A DNA stretch of 12,572 nucleotides, from contig JAYEMF010000090.1 in the NCBI GenBank assembly GCA_034717975.1, positions 1 through 12,572 of the forward strand, in the 5' to 3' direction. The notes under the pieces were generated by a model. It saw only the letters and a program-made list of their open reading frames with translations. It was not told the origin of the DNA and did no database searches. This document shows positions 1-8,011 of the stretch, one piece after another. Within the stretch, counting starts at the first letter, position 1; the number at the start of each line of letters is the position of its first letter. This DNA comes from Campylobacterota bacterium. Lineage in GTDB: Bacteria; Campylobacterota; Campylobacteria; Campylobacterales; Sulfurimonadaceae. The position numbers were made by a program, and so were the translations under genes.

Positions 1-36
1 CTACGGTGGCAAGGTTCTAACGATATCTCGAATGAG

Positions 37-57
37 AAATATGCCAGTGGCATATTT
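37..57. repeat. Perfect palindrome with 10-bp arms and a 1-nt centre (REP-like)
   Basis: AAATATGCCA (37-46) is the exact reverse complement of TGGCATATTT (48-57). Flanking CTCG..ATG / CAT..CGAG extends the stem. Confidence 0.85.
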
Positions 58-97
58 TCATCGAGTAAAGTTGCTTAATGTATGTAACGCCCTTCGG

Positions 98-220
98 GAG
101 GGCAAATAAGGCACAATCTTCCGTCCTGAAATCTCTTGCACCCAAGGGCAGGCTTCGCACATTTACCTATGGGTAGTCCTTCAAGATTTTAAAACGAAAT
201 CTTGCACCTTCTTTGCCCTC
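98..220. repeat. Imperfect 37-bp inverted repeat enclosing two short related hairpin units
   Basis: 98-134 matches the reverse complement of 184-220 at 28/37 positions by manual alignment. The loop holds TTGCACCCAAGGGCAGGCTTC (136-156) and TTTACCTATGGGTAGTCCTTC (162-182). Confidence 0.8.
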
Positions 221-258
221 TGATGATATCCAGGGTTTTTAGAGGTGCCCGTATACCG

Positions 259-295
259 TTTTCTGCATTTTTTCTCCATTCTTTCTCTCTATACT
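259..295 (+). promoter_or_regulatory. Putative sigma70-type promoter of the cluster (-10 TATACT at 290-295 preceded by periodic T-tracts)
   Basis: TATACT lies about 55 nt upstream of the likely TTG start. Periodic T-runs replace a -35 box, as is established for Campylobacterota RpoD promoters. The block is 30/37 identical to 10965-11001, which ends in TATAAT. Confidence 0.55.
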
Positions 296-349
296 ATGGT
301 AATAAATTCCAGTAAAAGTACCAACAGCTATAGAGAAAGGAGAACGGGC

Positions 350-2038
350 TTGAATCAGATAGCAGAACTCAAAGAAAAAACAAAGACGTTAACTCTTCTG
401 TATGTCGAAGATGACCCCGCTTCAAGAGAACAGATAAGTGTGATTTTGGAAATGTTCTTTGGTACGCTTACGGTTGCCGAGGATGGGTGTGAGGGGTGGG
501 AGTGTTACCAGAAAAGTGATTTTGACCTGGTGATCACCGACATCAATATGCCGTGCATGAGCGGAATCGAGCTGACGCAAAAAATCAAATCACTCAATCC
601 TCTGCAAAAAGTGGTGATCGTCTCCGCTCACGACAGTGGGGATTATCTTCTCTCGGCTATCCGTGCGGGTGTAGACAACTTCATTTTGAAGCCGGTCGAG
701 ATGGAGCAGTTTGAAGGGGTGATAAAGAAAGTGGCTACGGCCATTCATAATGAGAAGCTTCATCAACATTATCAGAATGAGCTTGAGCGCGAAGTGACCA
801 GCAAGACACAGGAGCTGATGCAACAGGCGGTGACAGATGATCTCACAGGCCTCTATAACCGTAAAATGCTGACGATGAAGCTTGAGAAGTACGGAGTAAA
901 AGTATTGATGCTGTTAAACATCGATAATTTTGACAATATCAATGCGACATACGGCTATGGCAATGGCGATCTTATTATGCAGAAGATTGCCCATTTTCTA
1001 AAAGCACACCTCCATCCGTCTGCTACACTCTTCAGGCTGGGACATGACGAGTTCGCATTTCTGTTTACGACTGTCAAACTTGGTGAAGCCGAAGCCTATG
1101 CGAGAGAACTTCAGCATCTGATCTCACAGAAGCCGATTACGCATGAAGCGATCACCGTAAAGTTTACAGCGACCGTTGTCCTTGCCGAGGGGGAAAAAGA
1201 TCTTCTCAAAGATGTACATATCGCCTTTAAGGAAGCGCGAGCAATTGGAAAAAACCGTATCGGTGTCTATCGTCATGACTCTGGCCTGGAACGTCGTCAA
1301 AAAGAGATACAGCAGTCGATGCATATACTCATTGATGCACTGGAAAAACGTATGGTGGTTCCCTATTTTCAGCCCATTATCAACAACCAGACCAGAAGAG
1401 TAGAAAAATATGAGTGCCTGGCACGAATCATTCATGATGGCAAAGTCCTTACTCCCGGTTTTTTTATAGAGACGGCAGAACTTACAGGGGTATTGCCCGA
1501 GATAACACGTCTTATGATCGAAAAGAGTTTTGAGTACTTTAAAAACAGAACAGAAGAGTTCTCCATCAATATCAGTGAACATGACCTCAATGACAGCTAT
1601 CTCGATGCCTTTCTCGAAGAGAACATTGTCAGGTACGGTATCGACCCCTCCCGTGTAGTACTTGAAGTGCTCGAAGGTCTCAGTGCCCATGGAGCAGAGA
1701 AAAGCTTTGATCAGCTTTCGGCCTTCAAAGCGCGCGGTTTTCAGCTGGCCATAGATGATTTCGGTGCCCAAAACTCCAACTTTGAGCGGGTCCACCGTCT
1801 GAAAGTCGACTACATCAAGATCGACGGAAGTTTCATCAAGCAGATCGATCAGGATCTCAACAGCTATCGAGTGGCGAAGACGATCACGGATTTTTCAAAG
1901 AGTATCGGAGCAAAAGTGGTTGCTGAGTATGTACACAGTGAGGCGGTGCTGCAGAAGGTTGTTGAACTGGGTATTGACTACTCGCAAGGGTTCTACTTTG
2001 CCGAACCATCCGCCGAGATTGAAGGAGAAGAGTTATGA
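350..2038 (+). CDS. Response regulator REC-GGDEF(degenerate)-EAL; probable c-di-GMP phosphodiesterase
   Basis: Start placed at TTG 350 (AAGGAG at 337-342, 7-nt spacer) rather than the track's GTG 245. REC: LLYVEDD, ITDINMP, VSAH, LKP. GGDEF-like domain: TDDLTGLYNR, LLNIDNFDNINATYG, GHDEF (1040-1054). EAL: YFQPI, YECLAR, SINIS, VLEVLE, IDDFG, IKIDG, VAEYV, SQGFYF. Confidence 0.92.
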   Translation: MNQIAELKEKTKTLTLLYVEDDPASREQISVILEMFFGTLTVAEDGCEGWECYQKSDFDLVITDINMPCMSGIELTQKIKSLNPLQKVVIVSAHDSGDYLLSAIRAGVDNFILKPVEMEQFEGVIKKVATAIHNEKLHQHYQNELEREVTSKTQELMQQAVTDDLTGLYNRKMLTMKLEKYGVKVLMLLNIDNFDNINATYGYGNGDLIMQKIAHFLKAHLHPSATLFRLGHDEFAFLFTTVKLGEAEAYARELQHLISQKPITHEAITVKFTATVVLAEGEKDLLKDVHIAFKEARAIGKNRIGVYRHDSGLERRQKEIQQSMHILIDALEKRMVVPYFQPIINNQTRRVEKYECLARIIHDGKVLTPGFFIETAELTGVLPEITRLMIEKSFEYFKNRTEEFSINISEHDLNDSYLDAFLEENIVRYGIDPSRVVLEVLEGLSAHGAEKSFDQLSAFKARGFQLAIDDFGAQNSNFERVHRLKVDYIKIDGSFIKQIDQDLNSYRVAKTITDFSKSIGAKVVAEYVHSEAVLQKVVELGIDYSQGFYFAEPSAEIEGEEL

Positions 2039-3594
2039 GTGCCATACAAGGGTTGCAAGAGATCAAAGAACTGACAGAAGAACTGGTTGTACTGTATGTT
2101 GAAGACGAAGAGGATATCCGCATCAATATGCTTGAGATTCTAAACCTTTTTTTTAAAGAGGTGCACACGGCGGTTGACGGCGTCGAGGGCGTTGAAAAGC
2201 TTGGAAAACATGCATTCGATCTGCTTATTACCGATATCCAGATGCCGCGGATGAACGGTCTTGAACTGGTTGAACAGAGTAAGCGGCTCTATCCGGATAT
2301 GCCCGTTATCATTACGACTGCCTTCAGTGATCAGGACTATTTTATCCGCTCGATCGATCTGAAGGTAGATAAATACCTGCTCAAACCGATCGAACAGGAG
2401 CGCGCCAAGGAGGTCTTTTTCACTGTTGCCAAAATGATCGATGACCGGCGAAAGGCGAAAGAACTGGAGATTCGTATCAGGCAGGAGCGGATCAACCGTA
2501 TGTCTGAAAACATTGTCGAACAGATCACCAATAGCTATCAGAGCCCCTGCATTGTCTATACGAAGGGTAAAGTGCGCTATGTCAACGATGCTTTCTGCTC
2601 GCTCTTTGATGCAGAGTTGTCTGAACAGTTCCTTGGCGATGCGGTGGCATTGGAAACGCTTTTTGATCAGAGAGTGGATTTCATGGGTGCGCTCGATCTG
2701 TATACTGATGAAGATCCGGCAAAAAACCGTGTCTCCATCTCAAAAAGGCAGGGACGAAAGATTTACCGTGTCGTACGCAAAGAGATCACCATCGATGAAA
2801 ATGATACGCCAAGCCTTATCTATTTCTTTAACGATATTACGCTGGAAGAGTATCAGAAGATCAAGATTAAAGCCTATAGCGAGATACTTGAAGAGATGGT
2901 ATTCGATACACGGTACAGAAAGAGCAGAAAGCCGGCAGAGAAGCCGGTGCCTGAAACAGCGGCGCCACCGGAAGAGAAACCGGCAGTTAAAGAAGCCCCG
3001 CCGGTTCTCAAAGAGGTTGAGCCGGTAGAAGAAGCAGAACCGGAGATTCCCGCAGATGAGGGACCGAAGCTGGTAATAAATGAAGAGGAGAATGAGCTCC
3101 TGCGACGCTCCCATATGCATAAGACAATGGCAGCCGATTATGTCGCTGAACTCGATGACGAGATCCTTCAGGAGCTTCAGGAGCTCGACGAGCTGGAGAA
3201 AGATTTTACAGAATCGATCCTGATGCTGCAAGAAGATGCCAATGTCGAGGGGCTTCGGGAGATGTCCGGGCAGCTCGAGCGTTATGCCCATGAGATCAGT
3301 CTGCTCTTCGAGTTTGAAGACCTGGCCTATGCCATCCGTTCCTTGGCGGGACTGGTGGCATCGGTGGATGGGGAAAAACTGGATGAGAAAATGATGAGGA
3401 AAACCCTGATCATTCTGGACGGGATCAAGTCTGACCTGGCCGACTGGCGCCGCTTTATCTTTATAGAGCAGAGTGCAAAAGATATCCACTACCTGGACAG
3501 TTCGCTCTACAGTGCCTGCTTGCAGATCGAACTGATGCTCTCCGAGGAGATCAAAGAGATGGAGTCCGAAGAGGACGACCTGATCCTATTTTAG
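2035..3594 (+). CDS. Response regulator: REC + PAS-like domain + Pro/Glu/Lys linker + acidic helical C-terminal domain of unknown function
   Basis: ATGA overlap with the upstream stop and GAAGGAG RBS at 2021-2027. REC: LYVEDE, ITDIQMP, TTAF, LKP. PAS-like segment from PCIVYTKGKVRYVNDAFCSLF to LIYFFNDIT. Low-complexity linker KPAEKPVPETAAPPEEKP. No HTH, GGDEF or EAL output recognised. Confidence 0.85.
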   Translation: MSAIQGLQEIKELTEELVVLYVEDEEDIRINMLEILNLFFKEVHTAVDGVEGVEKLGKHAFDLLITDIQMPRMNGLELVEQSKRLYPDMPVIITTAFSDQDYFIRSIDLKVDKYLLKPIEQERAKEVFFTVAKMIDDRRKAKELEIRIRQERINRMSENIVEQITNSYQSPCIVYTKGKVRYVNDAFCSLFDAELSEQFLGDAVALETLFDQRVDFMGALDLYTDEDPAKNRVSISKRQGRKIYRVVRKEITIDENDTPSLIYFFNDITLEEYQKIKIKAYSEILEEMVFDTRYRKSRKPAEKPVPETAAPPEEKPAVKEAPPVLKEVEPVEEAEPEIPADEGPKLVINEEENELLRRSHMHKTMAADYVAELDDEILQELQELDELEKDFTESILMLQEDANVEGLREMSGQLERYAHEISLLFEFEDLAYAIRSLAGLVASVDGEKLDEKMMRKTLIILDGIKSDLADWRRFIFIEQSAKDIHYLDSSLYSACLQIELMLSEEIKEMESEEDDLILF

Positions 3595-3606
3595 AAGGAT
3601 GATGCG

Positions 3607-5961
3607 ATGATGAGCCAGTTACAGCGCCATCAGAAATACTTTACAGTTTTTTTTCTCTTGCAGCTTCTGATCTTATTACTGATATATGTCATCTATTCCA
3701 ATCGTCAGCAGTGGCTCCTGCAAAATGATCAGCAGCGATTTGAATCACATTATAAATCACTTCTCTCCTTTCAGGAAAACAGTGCCAAACTTGTTTTCAA
3801 TATGATGAATACACCCGAAATCATTCTCCCGTTCTCTCAGGCATATGCTGCAGACAAAGAGGGGCGTGCAGCTATCCGAAAAGAGATACATGAAATACTT
3901 AAGGAGCGTTACAGGCTGCTGACACACAACCATATTCGTCAGTTTCAATTTCATCTTCCCAATGGGGATAGTTTTCTACGTCTGCACCGGCCCGAAAAAT
4001 TTGGTGACAACCTGCTGGGTATCCGTGAGTCCATTCGGCGTGTTATCGAGGAGAAAAAAGCAGTTCATGGCTACGAGATAGGTTACCTTTACGATGGGTT
4101 TCGTAATGTTTTTCCACTTTTTGATCAGCATAAAAAGTACATTGGAAGTGTCGAAGTCTCTTTTTCACCGGGGTCGTTGCTGAGCTATATGGCTGCCGGT
4201 ATCTCGGCCCATATAGAACTTTACGAGAAGAAGGAGATCATCGATCAAAAAGTGATGGATGAAGTACGCCGTAACATTTATAAAGAGTCATTTATAAGCG
4301 GATACCAGCAAGAGAAGATCTCTCTTTGTTATATTGATGATTCGTGCACAGACATTCAATCGATAAAGCACTACTTTGCCAAAAACAGTATGCAGAAGCT
4401 GCTCTCTGAGAACGGGTATGCTGACTTGATAGCTGTCAATAATACTCACTACTCCGTCTTTCTTCATCCCATAGAAAATATCAGTTCCGATAAAACAGCG
4501 GCGATCATGATGGTATATATGGAAAATACAACCATGGTTCGTCTGATTAATTTCATATGGCTTCTTTCCACTCTATTGACACTTCTCAATATACTGTTAA
4601 TGATCTTTATTGCGCGTTCATCCAAAACGAAGGTGAAAATGGAGCGGAAGAACAGGATTATCGAGATGCTCGCCGAATCGATTAAAACGCTTGTTGTCTC
4701 GGAAAACATCTCTGATGTGATTGAGCTTAATCTTAAACGCTTTGTGGAGACGTTTCGTGTTGACCGTGCCTACATCTTTCAAAACAGTACCGAGTCAGGA
4801 GAGGTGTGCCTGTCGCAGTGCTATGAAGTGGTTTCTAATGGCACGGAAGCAGAGATCGACAATCCGGAGCTGCAGCGGCTTCCCTATAAGAGCGGCTATG
4901 GCCGTTGGCTGAGTGAGTTTGAATCCGGCAGGATGATCGAGGGTATGGTGCGAACCTTTCCGGAGGGTGAGCGTGCAATGCTTCAGAACCAATCCATCCT
5001 CAGCATTATCTGTGTACCGATTTTTATGGAAAAGAGAGTGTGGGGGTTTATCGGGCTCGATGATTGTCATAACGAACATAGATGGAGATCCGAAGATAAA
5101 CACTCGCTTGAGATGTTTGCATTGATACTTTCGGCCGTTATGCTGCGTATGGAAAAAAACAGCTCTTTGGAGCAACTTACACAAACTCTTCAGACGCGCA
5201 TTGAAGAGGAGAGTGAAAAGAACAGAAAAAAAGACCGGTTGATGTTTGAGCAGGCACGTTCAGCCCAGATGGGCGAGATGATCAGTATGATCGCCCATCA
5301 GTGGCGCCAGCCGCTCAATGCCATCAGTGCCTCTGCTATCAAACTCAACTTAAAGCATACTCTCGATGGCCTCAGTGATCAGGATGTGGAAGAGGTAAGC
5401 TCTTTTATCCAGAAAAGAGCACAGGAGATGTCCCAAATTATCAATGATTTTATGAACTTCTTTAAGTCTGATTCAAAAAAAGTCTGTTTTGGACTGAAAG
5501 CAGTACTTGACGAGGTGGAGAAGATCACCACTCCGCAGTTGGAGAGCCAGGGTATAGTGTATGATAAAAAGGTAGATAACCATATAGAGATCTTTGGCCA
5601 CGAAAAAGAGTTTGTACATATTTTGCTTAACCTGATCGGCAATGCCAGAGATTCACTCAATGAATGCAGCATAGAAGCAAAGGGTATTACTGTTGAAGCA
5701 TCGCATGATAAAGAGAAGGTTGTTATCAGTGTCAGTGACAACGGTGCCGGTATCGATGATGCTGTTATTGGCAGGGTCTTTGACCCCTACTTCACGACCA
5801 AAGAGCAGGGTAAGGGAACCGGTATCGGACTCTATATGGTTAAAGAGATGATTACCCATGACTTCTATGGTACGGTCACTGCTGAAAATTTAGAGACGGG
5901 TGGTGCCCGTTTTACGATCACAATACCGTTAGCAGACGTATCTTGTCCGAAAGAGATGTGA
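3607..5961 (+). CDS. Membrane sensor histidine kinase: TM - dCache_3-like periplasmic domain - TM - GAF - HisKA - HATPase
   Basis: Two hydrophobic segments (FTVFFLLQLLILLLIYVIY; LINFIWLLSTLLTLLNILLMIFIA). Cache-type motif FQFHLPNGDSFLRLHRPEKFGDNL. GAF from VDRAYIF to CVPIFMEKRVWGFIGLDDC. H-box IAHQWRQPL, N-box LNLIGNARD, G1 DNGAG, F-box FDPYFTTK, G2 GTGIGL. AAGGA RBS lies just upstream; the start could be 3610. Confidence 0.93.
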   Translation: MMSQLQRHQKYFTVFFLLQLLILLLIYVIYSNRQQWLLQNDQQRFESHYKSLLSFQENSAKLVFNMMNTPEIILPFSQAYAADKEGRAAIRKEIHEILKERYRLLTHNHIRQFQFHLPNGDSFLRLHRPEKFGDNLLGIRESIRRVIEEKKAVHGYEIGYLYDGFRNVFPLFDQHKKYIGSVEVSFSPGSLLSYMAAGISAHIELYEKKEIIDQKVMDEVRRNIYKESFISGYQQEKISLCYIDDSCTDIQSIKHYFAKNSMQKLLSENGYADLIAVNNTHYSVFLHPIENISSDKTAAIMMVYMENTTMVRLINFIWLLSTLLTLLNILLMIFIARSSKTKVKMERKNRIIEMLAESIKTLVVSENISDVIELNLKRFVETFRVDRAYIFQNSTESGEVCLSQCYEVVSNGTEAEIDNPELQRLPYKSGYGRWLSEFESGRMIEGMVRTFPEGERAMLQNQSILSIICVPIFMEKRVWGFIGLDDCHNEHRWRSEDKHSLEMFALILSAVMLRMEKNSSLEQLTQTLQTRIEEESEKNRKKDRLMFEQARSAQMGEMISMIAHQWRQPLNAISASAIKLNLKHTLDGLSDQDVEEVSSFIQKRAQEMSQIINDFMNFFKSDSKKVCFGLKAVLDEVEKITTPQLESQGIVYDKKVDNHIEIFGHEKEFVHILLNLIGNARDSLNECSIEAKGITVEASHDKEKVVISVSDNGAGIDDAVIGRVFDPYFTTKEQGKGTGIGLYMVKEMITHDFYGTVTAENLETGGARFTITIPLADVSCPKEM

Positions 5962-5963
5962 AA

Positions 5964-5969
5964 TATAAT
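5964..5969 (+). promoter_or_regulatory. Possible internal -10 box (TATAAT) upstream of the FIST kinase
   Basis: Perfect TATAAT in the only sizeable intergenic gap (77 nt) of the cluster, 70 nt before ATG 6039. There is no convincing -35 or extended TG. Confidence 0.35.
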
Positions 5970-6038
5970 GAAAAAAAGTATAAGCTATGGCCAAGAAGCA
6001 TCCAGGAGTGAAAATCTGTTATTTAGGGGAGAGTGTAG

Positions 6039-8009
6039 ATGTACTCATTAAATCACCAATATCAAAATGAAGAAGTGCTGAAAAATTGGCTGAATGAACA
6101 TCAACTGACTTCAAAACCACACTGCCTGGTACAGTTTTTTTGCGGCATTCCCATAAAAAGTATGATGGATAAGATCGCTTCAATGTTAACCGAACAACTT
6201 CCAAAGGCTCACATTATCGGTACGACGACAGATGGCGAGATTATTTCAGATGAGGTTACCACCCAGGAGATCATCATCAGTTGCAGTATTTTTGAAAAGA
6301 GTGTGATTGACTCATGTGGACTTGCCTATGAAGAGAGCTCATTTTCGCTTGGCCGTGATCTTGCCAGAGAACTCGATGGTGACGATGTCCGCGCGATGAT
6401 CCTCTTTTCAACAGGGTTGACCATTGACGGGGAAAAACTGCTTGATGGCGTACAGAGTGTGGCAGAGGGGAAATACATTATTGCCGGGGGAATGGCCGGT
6501 GATAATGCCAGTTTCAAGCACACCTATGTGAGTCATCAAAAAACCATTCTCTCCAATGGAGTAGCAGGTGTAGCGCTAAGAGGGGAAGCGTTACGGGTAC
6601 AAAATGACTATCGGTTTGGCTGGCAGGCGGTAGGGCTGCCGCTGCGCGTCACAAAAGCGGATGGAAACAGAGTTTTTGAGATTGAAGGGGAGTCAGCTGT
6701 TTCCATTTATGAAAAATACCTGGGTAAACAGATCGCCGACAGGTTACCTAAAACCGCCATTGAACTGCCGTTTATCGTAGAACGCAATGGCGTACAAATC
6801 GGCCGTGCCTGTCAAAAAAAGCTCGATGACGGCTCACTGATATTTGCCGGTGATATTTTTGAAGGCGAGTATGTCCATTTCGGTATCGGTGATGTCGATA
6901 TGATCCTGAAAGAGGACCGCTCGCTATATAGAGATACCGAAGCACAGTTTCATCCGGAATCGATCTTCGTCTACTCCTGTATGGCCAGAAGACGCCTGTT
7001 GAAAAGTGACAGCTCTTTTGAACTGAAACGGTTTGCCAAACATTGTACCGTAGGCGGTTTTTATACTTATGGTGAGTTCTTCTCCAATCAACACGACAGC
7101 TATCTGCTCAATGAGACGATGACCATCCTGGCCCTGAGTGAATCCACTGCACTCAATGACACTCCTCTTATCACTTCGAATGATGAGGATAACGAAAAGC
7201 TCAATGCCAATGATATGGTCTTCGCGTTGACACATCTGACAAACATGATTGCCAGCGAGTGGCAGGAGCGGCTCGATGAAGAGATCGCCAAGAATCATGA
7301 GCAGGAGCAGCATAGTTTCCAACAGAACAAGCTGGCACAGATGGGCGAGATGGTGAGTATGATCGCCCATCAGTGGCGTCAGCCGCTTAATGCGCTCAGT
7401 GCATCGGCGATCAGCCTCTCTCTGCTTTCAAGTATGGATAAACTTGATACGAAAAAAGTCGAAGAGAGCAGCCGTTTCATCCAGGATCAGTGCCAGAAGA
7501 TGTCGCATACGATCGATACCTTTATGAACTTTGTCAAACCAGACAGGCTGAGTAAACCTTTCAAGCTTGCACATACTGTCAATGTGATTATGCAGATCAT
7601 GGGAACACAGCTGGTCAACAACAATATAGAGGTCTCTATCGGCGCCACCGATGAAAATATCTCAGTCGTTGGATATGAGGACCTTCTTGAGCAGGTTATT
7701 TTAAATATCCTTTCCAATGCAAGAGATGCCTTTGAAGAACTGGACATTCCCGGGAAACGTATTGATATTACTATCTATATGCAGGGAAACTCACCTGTAC
7801 TTGCCATCAAAGATAACGCCGGGGGTATTCCTGAACTCTTCAGAGAGAAGATATTTAACCCTTACTTCACTACGAAAGAACAGGACAAAGGAACCGGAAT
7901 CGGGCTCTATATGAGCCTGGATATTATGCGTAAGAGCTTTAAGGGTGACCTTCGCTACATCCCAATAGAAAATGGCAGCCGGTTTGACCTGGTCTGTGGG
8001 AGGGGGTAG
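6039..8009 (+). CDS. Cytoplasmic FIST (FIST_N + FIST_C; NosP-like) sensor histidine kinase
   Basis: FIST motifs IIGTTTDGEI, IAGGMAGDN, FGWQAVG, VYSCMARR, GFYTYGEF, LLNETMTIL. H-box IAHQWRQPL, N-box LNILSNARD, DNAGG, FNPYFTTK, GTGIGL. No TM segment seen. GGGGAG RBS upstream. Confidence 0.93.
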   Translation: MYSLNHQYQNEEVLKNWLNEHQLTSKPHCLVQFFCGIPIKSMMDKIASMLTEQLPKAHIIGTTTDGEIISDEVTTQEIIISCSIFEKSVIDSCGLAYEESSFSLGRDLARELDGDDVRAMILFSTGLTIDGEKLLDGVQSVAEGKYIIAGGMAGDNASFKHTYVSHQKTILSNGVAGVALRGEALRVQNDYRFGWQAVGLPLRVTKADGNRVFEIEGESAVSIYEKYLGKQIADRLPKTAIELPFIVERNGVQIGRACQKKLDDGSLIFAGDIFEGEYVHFGIGDVDMILKEDRSLYRDTEAQFHPESIFVYSCMARRRLLKSDSSFELKRFAKHCTVGGFYTYGEFFSNQHDSYLLNETMTILALSESTALNDTPLITSNDEDNEKLNANDMVFALTHLTNMIASEWQERLDEEIAKNHEQEQHSFQQNKLAQMGEMVSMIAHQWRQPLNALSASAISLSLLSSMDKLDTKKVEESSRFIQDQCQKMSHTIDTFMNFVKPDRLSKPFKLAHTVNVIMQIMGTQLVNNNIEVSIGATDENISVVGYEDLLEQVILNILSNARDAFEELDIPGKRIDITIYMQGNSPVLAIKDNAGGIPELFREKIFNPYFTTKEQDKGTGIGLYMSLDIMRKSFKGDLRYIPIENGSRFDLVCGRG

Positions 8010-8011
8010 CC

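Larger units (their letters stand above)
1..250. mobile_element. Right-hand part of a non-coding, palindrome-rich MITE/REP-like element ending in GGGTTTTTAGAGGTGCCC; left end probably outside the window
   Basis: Seen: perfect palindrome AAATATGCCA-G-TGGCATATTT (37-57, extendable with bulges to 27-65), small hairpin GCCCT-TCGGG-AGGGC (89-103), a 37-bp imperfect inverted repeat (98-134/184-220), and no credible ORF. Inference: the terminus resembles IS/MITE terminal inverted repeats from recall only. No transposase or second end is visible. Confidence 0.5.

Noticed and set aside
1..250. CRISPR array, tRNA or c-di-GMP riboswitch
   Set aside because: No regularly spaced direct repeats with spacers, no cloverleaf, and no recognisable GEMM consensus by eye.
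245..349. 35-aa N-terminal extension of ORF1 from GTG 245
   Set aside because: It starts inside the repeat terminus, crosses the putative promoter and has no RBS. TTG 350 has AAGGAG and matches the N-termini of the other receiver proteins.
1124..1795. 223-aa minus-strand ORF
   Set aside because: Antisense shadow of a well-supported EAL gene, with no recognisable motifs.
2441..3489. 195-aa alternative-frame and 249-aa antisense ORFs
   Set aside because: Both lie entirely within the 2035-3594 gene, and their Arg/Ser- or Leu/Phe-rich compositions are typical of shadow frames.
3647..3654. T8 tracts (also 2147-2154) as phase-variation sites
   Set aside because: These are short T-runs encoding Phe/Leu with frames intact. 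Phase variation in this phylum typically uses longer G/C tracts.
5968..6051. 27-codon ORF MKKSISYGQEASRSENLLFRGECRCTH
   Set aside because: Its ATG overlaps the TATAAT box, it has no RBS, and its length is expected by chance.
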